Positions 11,960 through 23,618 of a stretch of 64,000 bases of DNA are shown one piece after another (the stretch's first letter is position 1; each line of letters opens with the position of its first letter). Below the pieces are notes generated by a model. The model did not search any database. It was not told the origin of the DNA and was given only the letters and a program-made list of their open reading frames with translations. Origin of the DNA: Azolla caroliniana (lineage: Eukaryota; Plantae; Polypodiophyta); the NCBI GenBank assembly GCA_043228905.1, contig JBHGNT010000016.1:11346001-11410000 (forward strand). Direction: 5' to 3'. The position numbers and the translations under genes are program-made.

Positions 11960-13767
11960 GTAGCTACAAATTCCATGGAATAATGTTGTAAATACATTCA
12001 TACATGTTAGCACTAACTGTGTATAAACCTGAGTAGCTATTGTATTGCGACATTGGGACATTGATGCACCTGACCAAATGAGACTACATGTACGCCATTG
12101 GTTTGTCTTCAAATAGCCTATACACATAATCGTAATCATCTAGTCTTGCATAAAAAATACCTTCGATGTAGAATGTTCTGGTAGATACAACATTTCCCCA
12201 AGCATCTAATATATTATGTGTTGCACACTATTTACTAACCGTGCACTTCAATATATAGAAAACAACACCCTCTAAATTGCCTTCTTCTGCATTTACAACG
12301 AAGTTATCCTGAACATTTAAGACATCACTCAGAGTATCTCCACATCCTTGATATGTGAAGTCAACATTCTTTCCTGTTTCTCCATCAACTACTTCCTTAT
12401 CGTTCAATATATGATACTCCCAATTATGAATGTATGCGTTGTTTCCTTGCACACAATGGAAGCAAAAACAAGTTAATTCTCTAACCGCAATACAATGACC
12501 ATCCAACCTAGAATAACTGCGAACAACATGGAGAGATCGCAATTCAGGAATTCCTTGGCACTCCCAGGTCTTCTCCCTATTTACTTCATCTCTCTTCACT
12601 TCCCAAAATTCATGTTTGATATCTCGGACCTGCGAGGAATAAACACTAGTTGCACTCGTTGACATATTAGCTCTTAAAAATTCAACTACGTGCTGCACAA
12701 TTCATCTGCACACCATCTGCCTTTAGTTTTTCATGGTTAAGTGCCCGGTTTATAACATGTTACCTTTACCATGGCTAGACCCAAAACAATTCCATCTCAT
12801 CTCCAAACCTGTTATAGCAGGATACCTCCCCACAAAATAAAATGGACGTCTAGCCTTGAATTGTGACGCAGCTCCATCAAACCAAACCCAATGTTGAGTA
12901 AGCTCCAAACATTTAGCTAATAACCATTGTCAATGTAAGTTAAAACAATGTTGGACGAACAAGATATCATGCTTCTTATCATCATAAATAAAAAAATGAA
13001 ATACTTTTTTAACATCACCTGAAACTCGAAAATATGTTATGTGCACAAAAATGGTTACCTGCGCTAAACACCAATCTACTATTGAGACTACTACATCATT
13101 TGGAAAATCAAATATGCAAGTCTTAAACAGATGGGCTTGCCATGAATAAATGAAGTTGTGTTTAATGAACTTTCCTAGAGATACTACAAATAGAGACGCC
13201 AAATCCCTTGGTTTAAGCAACTTCCTAACTAGATCCTTTCTTTTACACATCTTTCCTTCGAAATTGGTGCCAACTGCCACAAATAACTTGTCGACAGAGA
13301 TTAATATTTCACTATTCATTTGGACACCACCTAAATCTAATGGGGCCACAATCTTGACCCAAACCCATGACACATTTATGACTCTCGAAGATAGCCTCAG
13401 TTTCTCTCGGACACAATACTGAATCTAAAAGACAACTCATGGAAGAAATAACATGCTCAGATGATTTATAGTGCTCTTGCGGGCTCGGTCGACAAATTGG
13501 GCACTCACAAGTGCAGACTGCATTAGTTAGGGAGGCACTATGGTGACGTAGTAGATTAACATAGTCCTTGAGAAAACCCATTTTTACATGGTAAATGCAA
13601 CAACATGTGTATCGATCCTTTAAGAGTCTCACAAAGTGTGGCTTAAGAGACTCGAATGTTCGTAGTTGAACTTTGATATTTGGAAGCGGCAACTGAGTGT
13701 AGAATGATGGAAATGGAGGACTGAACTCCGTCAGATCGAACAGTAGCAGATGATGCTTGGAATGCAC
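11960..13767 (-). pseudogene. DNA transposase remnant 2 (DDE-type core; superfamily not assigned)
   Basis: LKPHFV..TCCCIYH; VSIVD; DDKKHD; HWVWFDGAASQFK..WNCFGSSHGKG (about 12905-12760, translated by hand); RELTCFCFHC. Confidence 0.8.
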
Positions 13768-14260
13768 AGTGATGGCAACTAAGAGTATAATGGCACCAGT
13801 GGAGAAGGAGTGAACTCCCTTGGATCGAAAAGTGGCAACAATACACGACCGAACAGTAGCGGCAACTAAGTGTAGAATGATGGCAATGGATGAGTGAACT
13901 CCGTCAAATCGAAGAGTGGCAACAATCCAGGACCAAAAAGTAGTGGCAACTCAATGTACAATGATGGAGGACTGAACTCCGTCAGATCATGCTTTGAACG
14001 CACTGTGACAGCAACCGAGAGTAGAATGGCGGCAGTGGAGAAGGAGTTAACTCTGTCAGATCGAAAAGTAGTAGCAATATATACAACCTTCATTGTAGCG
14101 GCAATTGAGTGTAGAGTGGCGACAATGGAGGAGTGAACTTGGCAGATGATGCTTGGATTGAACAGCGGTGACCACTAAGTGTAGAATGGCGGCAATGGAG
14201 GAGTGAATTTCATCGGATCGAACAATGGCAGATGATACTTGGACCGCTCAATGCCGTCAA
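13700..14260. repeat. Degenerate tandem repeats upstream of and overlapping transposase 2
   Basis: Recurring AGTGTAGAATGGCGGCAATGGAGGAGTGAACTCCGTCAGATCGAA modules. Confidence 0.85.
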
Positions 14261-14439
14261 CAGTAGTAGTAATCTAAGCCAGAATACTCAACTAGAGATG
14301 GCCCACGTGATGTGGCAAAGGATCATGCATAATGGACCTAGGAAATCGGTATATAATTTATGGTGCACATTTATGGTACACATCAATTTATGTTGCACAT
14401 TTATGGTGCTCATTTATATAATTAAAACTCTCTATTATT

Positions 14440-14553
14440 TTCAATGGTAGCTTTTTGCATAGCTAATCGATCAACGGTAGCTTTTTGCAAAAATGACTAT
14501 TTATCAATGGTAGCTTTTTGCATAGCTAATTGTTTCCACTAGCATGGTTTCCC
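14440..14553. repeat. Short repeats TCAATGGTAGCTTTTTGCA x3; possible subterminal region of the DNA transposon
   Basis: Three near-identical copies lie just before the junction where similarity to the element B LTR begins (about 14555). Confidence 0.55.
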
Positions 14554-15884
14554 CCAATAATCTTTTTGGTAATGTGTCTTGTTTCTCAGAATTGAAGTCA
14601 AGGTTTCAAACCTGGAATTGGAATTTCCATCTGTCTATCTATCTATCTAGCTTAAACACTTCCTCAAATTCCGTATCGCTCTCTCTCTCTCTCTCTCAGC
14701 CACATTAGTGCGTTAGTTCGGCTACTACAATTTCATTTCTTGTGTTCATTCACTATCTCTCAGAAATTCTCATCAACAAGGAACCAACACTAGCAAAGAT
14801 CGTTTCGCCATCGTCGCTACCCCCTAAAATGTTGCACACCATAACATCACCGCCACCTACACGTCAATCCAACAAAGAACGACCCGATGATAAACCTAAA
14901 CAACCAATTCCTTACAAGCACAAGTCACCCGACCCGTCCTCCCCGGTGAAAGACCTCGGTAGTCCCGTTCAACCAACCCGTAGGTGTAGAAGTGCCATAA
15001 TCTCCTCCATAACCACTAGCGGATAGAGACTCGGTGCTTGTCCGCGCAAGTGTGACGCACATCACAATGTTTGGCACGTTGTCGTGAAGAAAACCGTCCC
15101 TAAGCGGAATCGGCGCACCGAGGCGTGGGAACCGGTTCTTCACGCGCGCACGCTCCAAGTTGTACATAGAAGCGAATTAGGAGGATAATCGGCAGGAACG
15201 GGCCCTAACACGAGCGGAGACAAAGACCGCGCGAACAGTCTTTTCGGTCGCGCGCGCGAACTGTACGAGTCGGCGGCGTGACTAAGCGGATGCGTGAAGA
15301 ACGGAGCGGATCCCTGTCCAAAAGGGACAGGGAATAAAGCTGACAGGACGGTGCTCGACGGCCTATATAAGGAGCAGGAAAGAGCTGTTGCAAGGGGATA
15401 TCTCGCGCAGAGAGGACGAAGTGCTGTCGGACCGTTTCTGGACGCTTCTCTCTCTGTTTCCTTCCTTCTTGAGCTCCATAGCTTTTCTGTGCAGGGTTCC
15501 GAGGAGGCTCGCGCTGTTTCGAGGAACGCCCGAGAGCTTCCGGCAGCACCTCCGACCTGCTACCCCTTTTGTGCGTCGAAGCGAACAGGCATCGGCATCT
15601 GTTCGCCGGCCTGTTCGGTTGTAACCAACCTGTGCCCCGTCGAGGGTTGTAGTCGTGTTAGCCATTTTTCTTAATATACATATCTAGTCATTCGCATCTG
15701 TCTGTGTCGGTGTCTGTTCGCGTTCTCCGTGCTGAAGGGCCGTGTCCCTGTGTATCCCCGGTCCTGCGTAGCCGGTTCTCTCTCTTTCTCCTCCCTCGCT
15801 TGCTCTTTGGTTCGAGACCCCCGCGGTCCCGCCTCGTTTCCACACGCACTTGCGTAATATCTCGATATCTTTGGTGAACCCGAC

Positions 15885-18038
15885 GTGAAGGAGGCGGCAG
15901 AAGAGCAGAAGATGAGGGGGTCGGATCTTGCAGAGGCCATGGCTTCGGCCGTGGATCGAATTGTAAACGCGCGCGAGGGCACCGGTGCCCTCGACAGAGC
16001 TATTGAGGCGGTCGTCGGCACGATCGGCCGGTTCGATGGGAAGGATGCCACGAAGTATTTGGCGTCCTACGGTGCAGAGATGCTGATGCGGGACATTCCG
16101 GAAGAAAGGCGTCTTGCCGGATTTCCCCGAGTGGCGATGCCGAGCATCCATGCGGAGGTGCTCGAGGTGCGGGCGGAGAGCCGTACCTGGGAGGAGTTCG
16201 AAGGTCGGCTCCTAGAGAAATACGGGCTGGACGACGCGCTCCGGCTTTCGAAGCGAAGGTTCATGGAATGGATGGAGTCCCCGGGGAAGGGAAGAAACGC
16301 GTCGGCACTCCTCCGGGAGTTCGAGGAAAACTTTGCGCGCCTTTCGGCGCTCGACCGAACCATCCTGGACACGAGCCAGGTCTTGCTGTTTGTCAAGTCG
16401 GTCGACGAGCGGGATCGGGAGCATGTGGGCCTCTTGCTGGAAACCGAAGACGGGCTCACTACCGACTGGGCGGCTGTCAAGAAAGTCTGTGGCCGTTTCG
16501 ACAAACGATGAGAATGGGCGGATAACGGGGCAACCGGGTCGGGCTCGGTCGCAGCGAGGAAGCTCGAACCAGCGCCACAGGTGCGAAAGGAAGAGACCCG
16601 AGAGTGGCTGGAAACCGGTTCGGCTTCGACCGGCGTAGTCAGAGGCTCAACCGGAGGAGCGGCGCTGGAGGAATTGACGAGGGCGATAAAGGACCTCCAA
16701 ATCGCGCAAGCCCGAAGGGAAGGTGGCGAACCGGCTCGTGACCGACGGCCGGCGGCAGGAAACAGGTGCATGTGGTGCGATGAAGTCGGCCACATTCGGA
16801 AGGACTGCGGCGACTTCGCGAAGGCGCTGAGGAACAGGGTGGTGTACCTGTGGGAAGGACGGGTGCATGCCAGCGACACCCGAAGGGCCCTGAGCCGAAA
16901 CGACGGGCGAGGTGGTATGAAAAGGTTGATGGAAGAGGCGGCGGCCCGACACGCGGAAACCGTCCACTACTCGGCGTCGGCCGGCATTCGAGTCGGGGGC
17001 GGCGAGGCCCGAAAGGAAAGCAAAGCCGGGTTCTGGCCGACGATGCTGGAAGGCCTTGCCGGTGCAAGGCTTAAAAGGGAGGAATCGGACCGTGCGGAGA
17101 AACGGGTACGGGAGATGACCGGGTGGAGCGACCCGGTCGAGGAAAAGACGGGCTTCGTGGAAGCCGCTTGCCAGAACTACGAGGCTCTGGTAGAAGAGAA
17201 GCGGGTGGGGAAACCCGGGACGACGGGGCCCTCACAATGATACGAGACCCGGTCCGGGCCACGACGGGATGAAGCTGGCGGGGCCGGTACGCAAGATAAA
17301 CCCCAGAAGGGCGGGTACCGTCTCGGGACGGAGATAGAAAGGACCGCGGACTTACGAAAGGTCCTGGAGGAACGGATCCTCGACAGCAAGGTGGAGTTGT
17401 CGTTACGAGAGGTGCTGGGAATCGCCAAGAAGGAGTTCCACGACTCCATCGTGGACTTGGTGAAACGGAAGAGGCTGTCAACGGAGACAGAACCGGAAAG
17501 ACCGGTGGAAGTGCGGACGACGCACCTAGACGACATGGCGCTGGGAGACGAGTGGGCGGAAAGCCACTATTCGAGACCACACTAGGCCCGAGCGACCACG
17601 GAAACCCCGGTGAAGATCGGCGATGTCCAGGAACCGGTGATAGCTTTGGTGGACCACGGATCGGAGATCAATTTGATGTCCATGGACTTCTATAAGAAGG
17701 GCAAATGGCCGATCAACACCAAGCACGGGTGGAAAATAAGGGCGGCAACGCGCGCCACCGAGGAACTGCACGGGGCCTGTCCGAATGTGCGAGTCAAGAT
17801 CGGCGACGTCGAGATTGACCAGCACTTCTTCGTGCAGGAGACGTCTTCGCATCCGGTCATACTGGGAGAGCCGTACATCACGGCGGCGCGGATGGAGACC
17901 AAGGTGCTGGACAATGGTTCGGCCTACGCGAGGGTCAAAAGCCAAGACGGGCGCCATTCGGTCCAGTTTCTGACGGTAAGGCCGAACCACGAACGTAACC
18001 GCGACTCCCTCGGTTCCGAAAACCGAGAGGATTTTTAG
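15885..18038 (+). pseudogene. gag: Element A gag-protease with three in-frame stops
   Basis: Single frame; zinc knuckle CMWCDEVGHIRKDC; protease ALVDHGSEIN; stops at 16509, 17238 and 17583. Confidence 0.9.
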
Positions 18039-18072
18039 AGAGGACTGCCAAGGCGTGGGGCCGCGACAGTCC
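18029..18072 (+). promoter_or_regulatory. Predicted -1 ribosomal frameshift signal
   Basis: G GAT TTT directly before the gag-pro TAG; 6-nt spacer; stem GGACTG (18042-47) / CAGTCC (18067-72). Confidence 0.8.
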
Positions 18073-21000
18073 GGATGCTCCGGAAAAACCCCACATTTGT
18101 ACGATAAAACCGTGTACAATAGGTAGGAAATTTTGCTTCTCCGACAGCGGAGCATGTACGGTGGTCGGCATCGCCGGCCGAGAGAAAACAAAGACGGAGG
18201 GGAGACTTCGGGCGTGCGGAGTTCTCGGCCCTGACGAAGAAATCAACGGAGCCGTGGAGGCAGTCTCCTTCGACGACACCTTGGGAATGCTGGGGAAGGT
18301 AGTCGAAGAAGACCTTAACGAAGACCGGACGATACCGGTATGTTCCGAAGAAATGTACGAAGTCATCGCGGACTTCGGTCGAGGGCTCGAGTCGGAACCG
18401 ACGGCCCGAGTTAGCACCAAGTACAAGACTGTGGACCGGAAGGTGAGGCCAGTTGCGGCGCCCTTACCGGAGGGCAGTGAATCCCGAATCAAAGGGGTTG
18501 CATCGGACCCCAGCTTACGAGATCCGGCCTGCATAGGACACACCTTCACCAACGAGACGCTCCGCGAGCTGAAGATCGGTGGGGGCGGGTTCCTACTGCC
18601 GGCGGAGGAAGACCGGTTTCGGAGAATGCTCGGAAGGCACGGGAAAGCCTTCGCATTCTCACCGGAGGAAATCGGGTGCGTAGACCCGACGATCGTAGAG
18701 CCAATGGTGATATTCACGGTACCGCATGTACCGTGGAATCTCAAGCCAATTCCGGTTCCGAGAGCTCACATCCCGAAGTTGATGGAGCTGTTGAAGCAGA
18801 AAGTTGATATGGGCAGTCTCGAGCCGTCGAGCGCCCCGTATTCAAACCGATGGTTTACCGTACCAAAGAAAAACGGATCGTTGCGCTTCATTCAGGACCT
18901 GCAGCCGGTCAACAGAGTGACCATTCGGAACGCAGGGATCGGACCGACCATAGACGAGTTCGCGGAGGCCTTCGCCGGAAGGTCGATTTACTCGGTCGGT
19001 GATCTATACTCAGGGTACGACCAGTTCCAGCTAGCCGTGGAGAGCAGAGACATTACGACGATGCGAACTCCCCTCGGCCTAGTGCGGATGTGTACGCTGC
19101 CGCAAGGAGGGACCAACTCGGTGGCCCACATGGTGAATGCAATGAACAAGGTGCTGAGGGACTGCATCCCGGACATCACCATGCCGTTTCTAGACGACAT
19201 CCCGATCAAGGGATGCCCGGTAGAAGAGAAGGACGAGACGATCGGGCCGGACGGATGCCGGCGATTCGTGATGACGCACATCGACGACTGCGAGAAGGTG
19301 CTGCAAAGGCTAGAGGATGCGAGGCTCACCTTCTCGGGGGAGAAGTCGGCCTTCGGGCAGTCGGAAATCATGGTGGTCGGACATTTATGTGGACCATATG
19401 GCCGGAAACCGTCTCCGGCAAAGGTAGAAGCCATCTCCGCGATGAAGCCTGATTGCAGCTCGGTCACGGAAGTACGAAGATTCTTGGGAGCATGCGCCTT
19501 CTACCACATATGGATCCCGCATTACGCGCACGTCGCGGAGCCGCTGTACGGATTATTGAAGAAAGGGCGGAGATTCGAATGGCTAGACAAGCACACGGAG
19601 TCGGTCCGGAAGCTGAAGGAGGCTCTTTCGGCAGCACCGGCGCTCCGAAAGGCCGTCTATAGGAAGGGCACCCCAGTGTACATAACGGTTGACACGAGTC
19701 CGACCGGGATCGGGTGGGTCGTCAACCAAGAAGACGAGGACGGCAATCGGTTTCCGATCCGATTCGGCGCGAAGGTCCTCAGTGAGCGGCAGAGAGGATA
19801 CGCCCAGGTTAAACGCGAACTCTGGGGTATCGTTTCGGCGGTGAAGGCCGACAAGGACTATCTGATCGGGACAGAAGTAATCATAGAGATGGATTGCATG
19901 CCGATCCTCGGCATGGTTTCCGGATGCGCGACGCCGGACCTGGCAATGCTCAGGTGGATAGCGTACATCAAGTCCCTGGACCCGGAAATACGACACATTT
20001 CCGGGAAAGACAACGCCATGGCCGACATGCTTTCGAGGGCGAGATTCGATGACGAGGGCGGCATGGTTTCGGAGGACGAAGAGGTCGGCGTGGACTTCTT
20101 CGAGGCAGCATACGTATCAACCGGCGGGACGAGCACTCCGGCGCTTAACGACTTCGACGCGAGCAAGTACGACGGGGAGTGGCTGCAGATCGGCGGGTTC
20201 TTGAGGACAATGGCGCCGGATGCATCATGGACGAAAGACGAGGCCAACCGGATCCGGAAGAAAGCGTACCGGTTCTTTCTCCGGAATGGCTATCTATGGA
20301 AGCACCCGAAGAAGAGGGACGGCGCTCCGCTCCGGGTGGTGGCGATGAAGGAAGAACAGGAGGAGCTGCTGACGGCCTACCACGACAGCCCTTGGGCCGG
20401 ACACCGTGGAACTTGGGCCACGTTCGAGAAGATAAAGGAGAAGTACTGGTGGCCGGGACTGTACCGGGACGTGCATCGATTCGTGACAACTTGCGAGAGC
20501 TGTCAGATGCACTCCGTGGTCCGACACCGGGACGAGCTTCACCCTACGTACCCTCCGACCATCCACTTCAAATGGATGGTAGATCTGGTGATGATGCCAA
20601 TGGGGGTAGGACAGATGCGGTACCTGGTCCTAGCGCGGGAGGATCTGACGAACCAGGTGGAAGGCCAGGCCCTTCCGAACAAAACGACCGCGGCCGTGTG
20701 TCGGTTCCTAATCGAGGACGTGATATGCCGGTACGGGTGCATCGGGAAGATCGTGGCTGATCGAGGGGAGTTGGACGCCGAAGAAGCCGCGGAGGTGTTC
20801 GACCGGCTCGGAGTCAAGCTCTCGCTCACCACTGCGTACAATCCGGAGGCGAATGGAAAGGTGGAGCGCGGACACGGGCCGATCGTCAAGGCGTTGGTTC
20901 GGGCATGCGGAGGCCAAGTCGGTAACTGGCCGCGGCTGCTACCTTATGCTTTGTGGGCAGACCGGACCACGCACAGTTCGGTAACCGGGTACATGCCGAC

Positions 21001-21517
21001 GGAGCTCATGTTCGGCCAGAAGCTGATCATGCCGATGGAACGGACGATCTCCTCGTGGGCAACGGTCGACTGGAGGGATGAGATGAGCCGGGAGGAGTTG
21101 TTGGCCGCACGTATACGACAGCTCGAGCGGAGACCGGAGGACGTGGAACTGGCTGCGGAGAAGCTCCGGGAGGCGAGGGCAAAGAACAAAGCCAGGTTCG
21201 ACCGAACGCACCGGCTCCGACCGAAGAAAATCGAAGAAGGTGACTGGGTGCTCGTCTACGACAGCAGCCTCGACAACCAGCACCGAGCTACACGGAAGTT
21301 CGCACGAAGGTGGTTCGGGCCTTATGTGGTACGGAGCGCCAATGACAACGGGACATATCACCTGGCGGAACTCGACGGCACGAGAATGGCGATACCGGTT
21401 GCAGGGAAGCGGATCAAAGCGTTCAAGAAGCGACACGACGATGAGCCAGACCCGGCTCTCCTAGTCAGCAGTGACGAACGATCCGAAAACGAGGAAGAAC
21501 CGATGGGCGAGGAATGA
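18029..21517 (+). CDS. pol: Element A pol (RT-RNase H-integrase), intact, in the -1 frame relative to gag-pro
   Basis: Open from 18029; DLYSGYDQ, LPQG, FLDD, VDTS, HHCC zinc finger, DRG..E integrase core, GPY motif; no chromodomain. Confidence 0.95.
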   Translation, partial: GFLERTAKAWGRDSPDAPEKPHICTIKPCTIGRKFCFSDSGACTVVGIAGREKTKTEGRLRACGVLGPDEEINGAVEAVSFDDTLGMLGKVVEEDLNEDRTIPVCSEEMYEVIADFGRGLESEPTARVSTKYKTVDRKVRPVAAPLPEGSESRIKGVASDPSLRDPACIGHTFTNETLRELKIGGGGFLLPAEEDRFRRMLGRHGKAFAFSPEEIGCVDPTIVEPMVIFTVPHVPWNLKPIPVPRAHIPKLMELLKQKVDMGSLEPSSAPYSNRWFTVPKKNGSLRFIQDLQPVNRVTIRNAGIGPTIDEFAEAFAGRSIYSVGDLYSGYDQFQLAVESRDITTMRTPLGLVRMCTLPQGGTNSVAHMVNAMNKVLRDCIPDITMPFLDDIPIKGCPVEEKDETIGPDGCRRFVMTHIDDCEKVLQRLEDARLTFSGEKSAFGQSEIMVVGHLCGPYGRKPSPAKVEAISAMKPDCSSVTEVRRFLGACAFYHIWIPHYAHVAEPLYGLLKKGRRFEWLDKHTESVRKLKEALSAAPALRKAVYRKGTPVYITVDTSPTGIGWVVNQEDEDGNRFPIRFGAKVLSERQRGYAQVKRELWGIVSAVKADKDYLIGTEVIIEMDCMPILGMVSGCATPDLAMLRWIAYIKSLDPEIRHISGKDNAMADMLSRARFDDEGGMVSEDEEVGVDFFEAAYVSTGGTSTPALNDFDASKYDGEWLQIGGFLRTMAPDASWTKDEANRIRKKAYRFFLRNGYLWKHPKKRDGAPLRVVAMKEEQEELLTAYHDSPWAGHRGTWATFEKIKEKYWWPGLYRDVHRFVTTCESCQMHSVVRHRDELHPTYPPTIHFKWMVDLVMMPMGVGQMRYLVLAREDLTNQVEGQALPNKTTAAVCRFLIEDVICRYGCIGKIVADRGELDAEEAAEVFDRLGVKLSLTTAYNPEANGKVERGHGPIVKALVRACGGQVGNWPRLLPYALWADRTTHSSVTGYMPTELMFGQKLIMPMERTISSWATVDWRDEMSREELLAARIRQLERRPEDVELAAEKLREARAKNKARFDRTHRLRPKKIEEGDWVLVYDSSLDNQHRATRKFARRWFGPYVVRSANDNGTYHLAELDGTRMAIPVAGKRIKAFKKRHDDEPDPALLVSSDERSENEEEPMGEE

Positions 21518-23618
21518 AGACGGGCCGGTTTTCTCCGTCCCAACTCTCTTGGCGCATACCGGAGGATGCGCGGTTAGGTGGGGGCGGATGTCGTGAAGAA
21601 AACCGTCCCTAAGCGGAATCGGCGCACCGAGGCGTGGGAACCGGTTCTTCACGCGCGCACGCTCCAAGTTGTACATAGAAGCGAATTAGGAGGATAATCG
21701 GCAGGAACGGGCCCTAACACGAGCGGAGACAAAGACCGCGCGAACAGTCTTTTCGGTCGCGCGCGCGAACTGTACGAGTCGGCGGCGTGACTAAGCGGAT
21801 GCGTGAAGAACGGAGCGGATCCCTGTCCAAAAGGGACAGGGAATAAAGCTGACAGGACGGTGCTCGACGGCCTATATAAGGAGCAGGAAAGAGCTGTTGC
21901 AAGGGGATATCTCGCGCAGAGAGGACGAAGTGCTGTCGGACCGTTTCTGGACGCTTCTCTCTCTGTTTCCTTCCTTCTTGAGCTCCATAGCTTTTCTGTG
22001 CAGGGTTCCGAGGAGGCTCGCGCTGTTTCGAGGAACGCCCGAGAGCTTCCGGCAGCACCTCCGACCTGCTACCCCTTTTGTGCGTCGAAGCGAACAGGCA
22101 TCGGCATCTGTTCGCCGGCCTGTTCGGTTGTAACCAACCTGTGCCCCGTCGAGGGTTGTAGTCGTGTTAGCCATTTTTCTTAATATACATATCTAGTCAT
22201 TCGCATCTGTCTGTGTCGGTGTCTGTTCGCGTTCTCCGTGCTGAAGGGCCGTGTCCCTGTGTATCCCCGGTCCTGCGTAGCCGGTTCTCTCTCTTTCTCC
22301 TCCCTCGCTTGCTCTTTGGTTCGAGACCCCCGCGGTCCCGCCTCGTTTCCACACGCACTTGCGTAATATCTCGACAACGTGTGTCATGCGCCACACAACA
22401 TCCTTTTGGTGAACCTGGCGTGAACAACAAAATGTGGTAATGGAGGCATCATGAATGATGGATGTGGTCTTGGCGGCTTACGACCTAGAGGAGTCAATAA
22501 GAATAGAAGGTGGTCGGAGGCTTGTAATTCTTCCATTTGTAAGGAAGGCCATCGAAATGATGTTTCATGATGACAAGGATATAGCGATGGAGTACCTCAA
22601 GTTAGCAAGCCAAGTTGAAAGATTGTATCAAAAAGTTCCAGATAGGTATGAAGCAGTTATGACATCAAGATTCGGGCCTCAACCTTTTCACGGTTTACTT
22701 AACGATAACGAAGATGAAGATGATCGAGATGTTCGAGGATGTGGTTGTGAAGAACAATGTGACGAACAACATGGGCTTAAGATATTCGAGGACGTGCTCG
22801 TGAAGAGACATATTGTTACGGGCATGACCATTTAATATCCCGTGGTGAGAATTTACCGTAGTATTCTATACACGTGGATAAGTGTGAGGGTTAAACGAGA
22901 GTGTAAAGAAGGGGAGGATTACTTTTAATCCTCGGGATTGAGACAACCCATTAGGTCTGTTATTCTCTGACCGGACAAGGTCTAACACAAGGTGTCACGG
23001 AGACACTTCACCAAAGGGGTGATTACGGCATAGGATTAAGATTCAACGATTACACCGACTTACGTAAGTTACACAATTAGGGTGCTTTGGTTAATTACAC
23101 GCGTAAGATATAACAGTAATTACAGAACGGAAATCAACACAGAAGTATAAACACCATATGCTCTATTAATTATCCGCTGCGATTACAATGGGGTCCGGGC
23201 CTTTAAATAGGTTTCCGGCCCGTAGTACAAAACGGTGCCTATCGCACCTATTCGGGATCCGTCCGGATCTGGAACGGCATACCGTTTCCAGTCCGTCCGT
23301 CCACACTATGCTCATTTACAACCATATATAATTAATTCCTTCACTCCGTATTTTGGACTCCTTGCCGGCCGGTAACACTGCTGTATGTTGTTGCTTATTG
23401 TGTATTGCCACTCTTATGTGTGCAAGAGTGAAGAGAGCAGCCGAGAGAGAGAGAGTGAAGAGAGCAGCAGAGAGAGAGAGATCACTCCGTATTTTGGACT
23501 CCTTGCCGGCCGGTAACACATGGCACGCCCGTGGGACAGTACCTTGTACGTCGAACCCTTCTCGGCCCCTTCATTGTTCACCCAAATTGTCCAAAATACT
23601 TTGTTCCAGAGTTTCAAA

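Larger units (their letters stand above)
15080..22376 (+). mobile_element. Element A: young full-length Ty3/Gypsy, tRNA-Trp primed
   Basis: 788-bp LTRs 15080-15867 and 21589-22376, apparently identical except the terminal TA/CA; 4-bp TSD ACGT; PBS TGGTGAACCCGACGTGA 15872-15888 complementary to the plant tRNA-Trp 3' end. Confidence 0.98.
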
